From: a virus
Lineage: Duplodnaviria > Heunggongvirae > Uroviricota > Caudoviricetes
Reading direction: 5' to 3' (one strand)
DNA length: 43,831 bases
Virus record (IMG/VR): IMGVR_UViG_2711768019_000013
Shown here: piece after piece, positions 38,446-43,831 of the stretch
Layout of the letters: the number at the start of each line of letters is the position of its first letter
How positions within the stretch are numbered: the first letter of the stretch is position 1
Position numbers and translations under genes: made by a program
The notes under the pieces: model-generated
What the model was told of the DNA's origin: nothing
Databases searched by the model: none
What the model saw: the letters and a program-made list of their open reading frames with translations, nothing else

Positions 38446-41046
38446 ATGAGCACAAAACCACTCTTCCTGTTACGGAAAGCGAAAAAATCATCCGGTGAAC
38501 CTGACGTCGTCCTGTGGGCAAGCAACGATTTTGAATCGACCTGTGCCACTCTGGACTACCTGATCGTTAAGTCAGGTAAAAAACTGAGCAGCTATTTTAA
38601 AGCTGTTGCCACGAATTTTCCTGTCGTTAATGACCTGCCCGCTGAAGGTGAGATCGATTTTACCTGGAGTGAACGCTATCAACTCAGCAAAGACTCCATG
38701 ACATGGGAACTAAAACCGGGAGCAGCACCAGACAACGCTCACTATCAAGGCAATACCAACGTCAACGGCGAAGACATGCCTGAGATTGAGGAGAATATGC
38801 TACTCCCAATTTCTGGCCAGGAACTGCCCATTCGTTGGCTTGCTCAACACGGCAGCGAAAAACCGGTAACGCACGTTTCACGCGACGGACTCCAGGCATT
38901 ACACATTGCTCGGGCTGAAGAACTACCGGCTGTTACTGCCCTGGCTGTTTCCCACAAAACCAGCCTGCTCGACCCGCTGGAAATTCGCGAACTCCACAAA
39001 CTGGTTCGTGACACTGACAAAGTTTTCCCTAATCCTGGTAATTCAAACCTGGGACTGATAACTGCTTTTTTCGAAGCATACCTGAACGCTGACTACACCG
39101 ATCGAGGACTGCTGACAAAAGAGTGGATGAAGGGTAATCGTGTTTCACACATCACTCGCACGGCTTCCGGTGCTAATGCTGGCGGCGGAAACCTCACCGA
39201 TCGCGGCGAAGGTTTCGTACACGATCTGACGTCACTGGCGCGGGACGTAGCCACTGGCGTACTGGCCCGTTCAATGGATCTGGACATCTATAACCTTCAT
39301 CCGGCACACGCTAAACGCATTGAGGAAATTATCGCTGAAAATAAACCGCCCTTTTCTGTTTTCCGCGACAAATTCATCACCATGCCTGGCGGGCTGGATT
39401 ATTCCCGCGCCATCGTGGTTGCGTCCGTAAAAGAAGCACCAATTGGGATCGAGGTCATCCCCGCGCACGTCACTGAATATCTGAACAAAGTACTGACTGA
39501 AACCGATCATGCCAACCCTGATCCGGAAATCGTGGATATTGCCTGCGGTCGCTCCTCTGCCCCGATGCCGCAGCGAGTAACAGAAGAAGGAAAACAGGAT
39601 GATGAAGAAAAACCGCAACCATCTGGAACAACGGCAGTTGAACAGGGAGAGGCTGAAACAATGGAACCGGACGCAACTGAACATCATCAGGACACGCAGC
39701 CGCTGGATGCTCAGTCACAGGTAAATTCTGTTGATGCGAAATATCAGGAACTGCGGGCAGAACTCCATGAAGCCCGGAAAAACATTCCATCAAAAAATCC
39801 TGTCGATGCCGATAAATTGCTTGCTGCATCACGTGGTGAATTTGTTGACGGAATTAGCGACCCGAACGATCCGAAATGGGTAAAGGGGATCCAGACTCGC
39901 GATTGTGTGTACCAGAACCAGCCAGAAACGGAAAAAACCAGCCCGGATATGAATCAACCTGAGCCAGTAGTGCAACAGGAACCGGAAATAGCCTGCAATG
40001 CCTGCGGCCAGACTGGCGGGGATAACTGCCCTGACTGTGGTGCGGTGATGGGCGACGCAACATACCAGGAAACATTCGATGAAGAGAGTCAGGTTGAAGC
40101 TAAGGAAAATGATCCGGAGGAAATGGAAGGCGCTGAACATCCGCACAATGAGAATGCTGGCAGCGATCCGCATCGCGATTGCAGTGATGAAACTGGCGAA
40201 GTCGCAGATCCCGTAATCGTAGAAGACATAGAGCCAGGTATTTATTACGGAATTTCGAATGAGAATTACCACGCGGGTCCCGGTGTCAGTAAGTCTCAGC
40301 TCGATGACATTGCTGATACTCCGGCACTGTATTTGTGGCGTAAAAATGCCCCCGTGGACACCACAAAGACAAAAACGCTCGATTTAGGAACCGCTTTCCA
40401 CTGCCGGGTACTTGAGCCGGAAGAATTCAGTAACCGCTTTATCGTAGCACCTGAATTTAACCGCCGGACAAACTCCGGAAAAGAAGAAGAGAAAGCGTTT
40501 CTGAGGGAATGCGCAAGCACAGGAAAAACGGTTATCACTGCCGAAGAAGGCCGGAAAATTGAACTCATGTATCAGAGCGTTATGGCTTTGCCGCTGGGGC
40601 AATGGCTTGTTGAAAGCGCCGGACACGCTGAATCATCAATTTACTGGGAAGATCCTGAAACAGCAATTTTGTGTCGGTGCCGTCCGGACAAAATTATCCC
40701 TGAATTTCACTGGATCATGGACGTGAAAACTACGGCGGATATTCAACGATTCAAAACCGCTTATTACGACTACCGCTATCACGTTCAGGATGCATTCTAC
40801 AGTGACGGTTATGAAGCACAGTTTGGAGTGCAGCCAACTTTCGTTTTTCTGGTTGCCAGCACAACTATTGAATGCGGACGTTATCCGGTTGAAATTTTCA
40901 TGATGGGCGAAGAAGCAAAACTGGCAGGTCAGCTGGAATATCACCGCAATCTGCGAACCCTGGCTGACTGCCTCAATACCGATGAATGGCCAGCTATTAA
41001 GACGTTATCACTGCCCCGCTGGGCTAAGGAATATGCAAATGACTAA
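38446..41046 (+). CDS. recE: Exodeoxyribonuclease VIII RecE (866 aa)
   Basis: [46 protein letters not shown]... to C-terminal ...[14 protein letters not shown]; length and sequence match Rac RecE. Confidence 0.95.
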   Translation: MSTKPLFLLRKAKKSSGEPDVVLWASNDFESTCATLDYLIVKSGKKLSSYFKAVATNFPVVNDLPAEGEIDFTWSERYQLSKDSMTWELKPGAAPDNAHYQGNTNVNGEDMPEIEENMLLPISGQELPIRWLAQHGSEKPVTHVSRDGLQALHIARAEELPAVTALAVSHKTSLLDPLEIRELHKLVRDTDKVFPNPGNSNLGLITAFFEAYLNADYTDRGLLTKEWMKGNRVSHITRTASGANAGGGNLTDRGEGFVHDLTSLARDVATGVLARSMDLDIYNLHPAHAKRIEEIIAENKPPFSVFRDKFITMPGGLDYSRAIVVASVKEAPIGIEVIPAHVTEYLNKVLTETDHANPDPEIVDIACGRSSAPMPQRVTEEGKQDDEEKPQPSGTTAVEQGEAETMEPDATEHHQDTQPLDAQSQVNSVDAKYQELRAELHEARKNIPSKNPVDADKLLAASRGEFVDGISDPNDPKWVKGIQTRDCVYQNQPETEKTSPDMNQPEPVVQQEPEIACNACGQTGGDNCPDCGAVMGDATYQETFDEESQVEAKENDPEEMEGAEHPHNENAGSDPHRDCSDETGEVADPVIVEDIEPGIYYGISNENYHAGPGVSKSQLDDIADTPALYLWRKNAPVDTTKTKTLDLGTAFHCRVLEPEEFSNRFIVAPEFNRRTNSGKEEEKAFLRECASTGKTVITAEEGRKIELMYQSVMALPLGQWLVESAGHAESSIYWEDPETAILCRCRPDKIIPEFHWIMDVKTTADIQRFKTAYYDYRYHVQDAFYSDGYEAQFGVQPTFVFLVASTTIECGRYPVEIFMMGEEAKLAGQLEYHRNLRTLADCLNTDEWPAIKTLSLPRWAKEYAND

Positions 41047-41848
41047 GCAACCACCAATCGCAAAAGCCGATCTGCAAAAAACTCAGGGAAACCGTGCACC
41101 AGCAGCAATTAAAAATAACGACGTGATTAGTTTTATTAACCAGCCATCAATGAAAGAGCAACTGGCAGCAGCTCTTCCACGCCATATGACGGCTGAACGT
41201 ATGATCCGTATCGCCACCACAGAAATTCGTAAAGTTCCGGCGTTAGGAAACTGTGACACTATGAGTTTTGTCAGTGCAATCGTACAGTGTTCACAGCTCG
41301 GACTTGAGCCCGGTAGCGCCCTCGGTCATGCATATTTACTGCCTTTTGGTAATAAAAACGAAAAGAGCGGTAAAAAAAACGTTCAGCTAATCATTGGCTA
41401 TCGCGGCATGATTGATCTGGCTCGCCGTTCAGGTCAAATCGCCAGCCTGTCAGCCCGTGTTGTCCGTGAAGGTGACGAGTTTAATTTCGAATTTGGCCTT
41501 GATGAAAAGTTAATACACCGCCCAGGAGAAAACGAAGATGCCCCTGTTACCCACGTCTATGCTGTCGCAAGACTGAAAGACGGAGGTACTCAGTTTGAAG
41601 TTATGACGCGCAAACAGATTGAGCTGGTGCGCAGCCAGAGTAAAGCTGGTAATAACGGGCCGTGGGTAACTCACTGGGAAGAAATGGCAAAGAAAACGGC
41701 TATTCGTCGCCTGTTCAAATATCTGCCCGTATCAATTGAGATCCAGCGTGCAGTATCAATGGATGAAAAGGAACCACTGACAATCGATCCTGCAGATTCC
41801 TCTGTATTAACCGGGGAATACAGTGTAATCGATAATTCAGAGGAATAA
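41039..41848 (+). CDS. recT: Recombinase RecT (269 aa)
   Basis: [65 protein letters not shown]...; start ATG 41039 overlaps the recE stop; the track start at 40982 is upstream in frame. Confidence 0.95.
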   Translation: MTKQPPIAKADLQKTQGNRAPAAIKNNDVISFINQPSMKEQLAAALPRHMTAERMIRIATTEIRKVPALGNCDTMSFVSAIVQCSQLGLEPGSALGHAYLLPFGNKNEKSGKKNVQLIIGYRGMIDLARRSGQIASLSARVVREGDEFNFEFGLDEKLIHRPGENEDAPVTHVYAVARLKDGGTQFEVMTRKQIELVRSQSKAGNNGPWVTHWEEMAKKTAIRRLFKYLPVSIEIQRAVSMDEKEPLTIDPADSSVLTGEYSVIDNSEE

Positions 41849-41903
41849 TTCAGCCTGGCGGTGTAATGCACCGCCAACTTGAAATATTTTTATGAGAAAA
41901 ATT

Positions 41904-42053
41904 ATGAGATATGACAATGTTAAACCATGTCCATTTTGTGGTTGTCCATCAGTAACGGTGAAAGCCATTTCAGGATATTACCGAGCGAAGTGTAACGGAT
42001 GCGAATCCCGAACCGGTTATGGTGGAAGTGAAAAAGAAGCACTCGAACGATGA
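41904..42053 (+). pseudogene. ralR: ralR (restriction alleviation / type I toxin) truncated by an in-frame TGA after 49 codons
   Basis: ATG 41904: MRYDNVKPCPFCGCPSVTVKAISGYYRAKCNGCESRTGYGGSEKEALER then TGA (42051-42053); the same frame continues NKRTTGNNNGGVHV to TAA (42096-42098), the RalR C-terminus as I remember it, which implies TGG to TGA at codon 50. Confidence 0.6.
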
Positions 42054-42090
42054 AATAAACGAACCACTGGAAATAATAATGGAGGTGTTC

Positions 42091-42279
42091 ATGTATAAAA
42101 TTACCGCCACTATTGAAAAGGAAGGTGGCACTCCTACTAACTGGACAAGATATTCAAAATCTAAACTAACGAAATCAGAATGCGAAAAAATGCTCTCAGG
42201 TAAAAAAGAAGCAGGCGTTTCCAGAGAGCAGAAAGTAAAACTGATAAATTTTAATTGCGAGAAACTTCAGTCCTCGTGA
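42091..42279 (+). CDS. YdaC-like small protein (62 aa from MYKITATIEKEGG)
   Basis: Track ORF 42019-42279; the internal ATG 42091 overlaps the ralR reading-frame end; an alternative ATG at 42079 (MEVFMYKIT) is possible. Confidence 0.5.
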   Translation: MYKITATIEKEGGTPTNWTRYSKSKLTKSECEKMLSGKKEAGVSREQKVKLINFNCEKLQSS

Positions 42280-42378
42280 ATTGCATTGTATTCAAATTAA
42301 AACTTCATAGCTGATTATTAATAATCAACATCGGGCGTCAATTTAAGTCTAACATTGGCGCCTGCCAGAGGTGATGCG

Positions 42379-42594
42379 ATGGCACAAGTAATCTTTAATG
42401 AAGAGTGGATGGTTGAATACGGCCTGATGCTTCGCACTGGTCTGGGGGCCAGACAAATTGAAGCATACCGCCAGAACTGTTGGGTGGAAGGCTTCCACTT
42501 CAAACGAGTATCTCCTTTAGGGAAGCCAGACAGTAAGCGAGGGATTATCTGGTATAACTATCCAAAGATAAATCAGTTTATCAAAGACTCATGA
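42379..42594 (+). CDS. xisR: Excisionase (71 aa from [10 protein letters not shown])
   Basis: AGAGGTG before ATG 42379; stop TGA overlaps the int ATG (TCATGATATG); position immediately upstream of int. Confidence 0.7.
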   Translation: MAQVIFNEEWMVEYGLMLRTGLGARQIEAYRQNCWVEGFHFKRVSPLGKPDSKRGIIWYNYPKINQFIKDS

Positions 42595-42595
42595 T

Positions 42596-43831
42596 ATGTC
42601 TAAATTACCAACAGGTGTCGAGATTCGAGGTAAATACATTCGCATCTGGTTCATGTTTCGAGGAAAACGATGTCGGGAAACATTGAAAGGCTGGGAGGTT
42701 ACTAACAGTAACATTAAAAAAGCCGGGAATTTAAGAGCGTTGATAGTTCATGAAATCAATTCCGGTGAGTTTGAGTATTTAAGACGTTTTCCCCAGTCCA
42801 GCACTGGGGCAAAAATGGTGACAACGAGGGTCATAAAAACGTTCGGGGAGCTTTGTGATATCTGGACAAAAATTAAAGAAACAGAGTTAACAACAAACAC
42901 AATGAAGAAAACGAAATCACAATTAAAAACACTCAGGATAATAATTTGTGAGAGTACTCCGATATCGCATATTCGTTATAGCGATATCTTAAACTACCGG
43001 AATGAACTGCTGCATGGAGAAACGCTTTACCTGGATAATCCAAGATCCAACAAAAAAGGAAGAACCGTGCGCACAGTTGATAACTATATCGCCCTGCTCT
43101 GTTCGTTGTTACGTTTTGCGTATCAGTCGGGATTTATATCAACCAAACCATTTGAAGGAGTAAAGAAATTACAGAGAAACAGAATAAAGCCTGACCCGTT
43201 ATCTAAAACAGAATTCAATGCATTAATGGAAAGTGAAAAAGGACAGAGCCAGAACTTGTGGAAATTTGCCGTATACTCCGGGCTTCGTCACGGGGAACTG
43301 GCTGCTCTGGCGTGGGAGGATGTGGATTTCGAGAAGGGAGTTGTGAATGTCAGAAGAAACCTGACGATACTGGATATGTTCGGTCCCCCAAAAACAAATG
43401 CGGGGATCCGGACGGTAACACTACTGCAGCCTGCTCTTGAAGCACTGAAGGAGCAATACAAACTGACCGGGCATCATCGCAAAAGCGAAATCACTTTTTA
43501 TCATCGGGAGTACGGCAGAACCGAAAAGCAAAAACTGCATTTTGTTTTCATGCCCAGAGTGTGTAACGGAAAACAGAAACCTTATTACTCGGTAAGCAGT
43601 TTGGGTGCGAGATGGAATGCAGCAGTAAAACGTGCTGGTATTCGCCGCCGTAATCCGTACCATACGCGGCATACTTTTGCCTGCTGGCTGTTGACGGCAG
43701 GAGCGAACCCGGCGTTTATAGCCAGCCAGATGGGGCATGAAACTGCGCAGATGGTGTATGAAATTTACGGTATGTGGATTGATGACATGAACGACGAACA
43801 GGTAGCCATGTTGAATGCGCGGTTATCGTAG
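42596..43831 (+). CDS. intR: Tyrosine integrase (411 aa); its stop is the last codon of the window
   Basis: MSKLPTGVEIRGKYIRIWFMFRGKRCRETLKGWEVTNSNIKKAGNLRALIVHEINSGEFEYLRRF... matches my memory of Rac IntR; C-terminal ...HTRHTFACWLL...GHETAQMVYEIY catalytic region. Confidence 0.9.
   Translation: MSKLPTGVEIRGKYIRIWFMFRGKRCRETLKGWEVTNSNIKKAGNLRALIVHEINSGEFEYLRRFPQSSTGAKMVTTRVIKTFGELCDIWTKIKETELTTNTMKKTKSQLKTLRIIICESTPISHIRYSDILNYRNELLHGETLYLDNPRSNKKGRTVRTVDNYIALLCSLLRFAYQSGFISTKPFEGVKKLQRNRIKPDPLSKTEFNALMESEKGQSQNLWKFAVYSGLRHGELAALAWEDVDFEKGVVNVRRNLTILDMFGPPKTNAGIRTVTLLQPALEALKEQYKLTGHHRKSEITFYHREYGRTEKQKLHFVFMPRVCNGKQKPYYSVSSLGARWNAAVKRAGIRRRNPYHTRHTFACWLLTAGANPAFIASQMGHETAQMVYEIYGMWIDDMNDEQVAMLNARLS

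Noticed and set aside
39093-40944. Minus-strand ORFs inside recE (39093-39287, 39271-39687, 39470-39832, 39829-40272, 40296-40944)
   Set aside because: Antisense to a confidently identified 866-aa RecE; low-complexity translations.
42019-42279. 86-aa form of the ydaC-like ORF starting at ATG 42019
   Set aside because: Its first 24 codons overlap the ralR reading frame in another frame; the internal ATG at 42091 (or 42079) is more plausible.
1-43831. tRNA genes, CRISPR arrays, insertion sequences, attachment-site repeats
   Set aside because: No cloverleaf-compatible GC-rich segments near Q or int, no regularly spaced direct repeats, no transposase-like ORF or terminal inverted repeats; the window ends exactly at the int stop, so attachment sites would be outside it.

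Overview
The window is a nearly complete Rac-family lambdoid prophage of the Escherichia coli type, read from the tail fibre gene J (truncated at position 1) to the integrase stop codon at 43829-43831. Positions 1-28078 are minus-strand late genes: a lambda-like tail module (J, I, K, L, M, tape measure, frameshifted G/T chaperone, major tail), a non-lambda head module, terminase, a ParB-like/glycosyltransferase-like pair, the trkG moron, a pinholin/SAR-endolysin/Rz/Rz1 lysis cassette, two TolA-domain-III-like lipoprotein genes, Q and nin-region genes. Positions 28079-32028 are an AT-rich cargo island in the nin region. It holds a small membrane-peptide ORF, a YeaR/DUF1971-like gene with an NsrR-like operator, and a two-gene operon (340 aa and 333 aa) of unknown function that I consider the best candidate for an undescribed defence or toxin module. 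Positions 32029-35586 are the minus-strand replication arm (DnaC-like, O-like, YdaT-like, Cro-like). Positions 35648-43831 are the plus-strand immunity and early-left arm (repressor, sieB on minus, kilR, ydaE, racC, recE, recT, ralR with a premature stop, xis, int). Three runs of N (1821-2169, 3373-3622, 33313-33673) are assembly gaps that break J, I and the DnaC-like gene and make the ORF-track frames unreliable there. No tRNA, rRNA, CRISPR array or attachment site was found. All calls come from reading the sequence and from remembered protein families; no database search was run.
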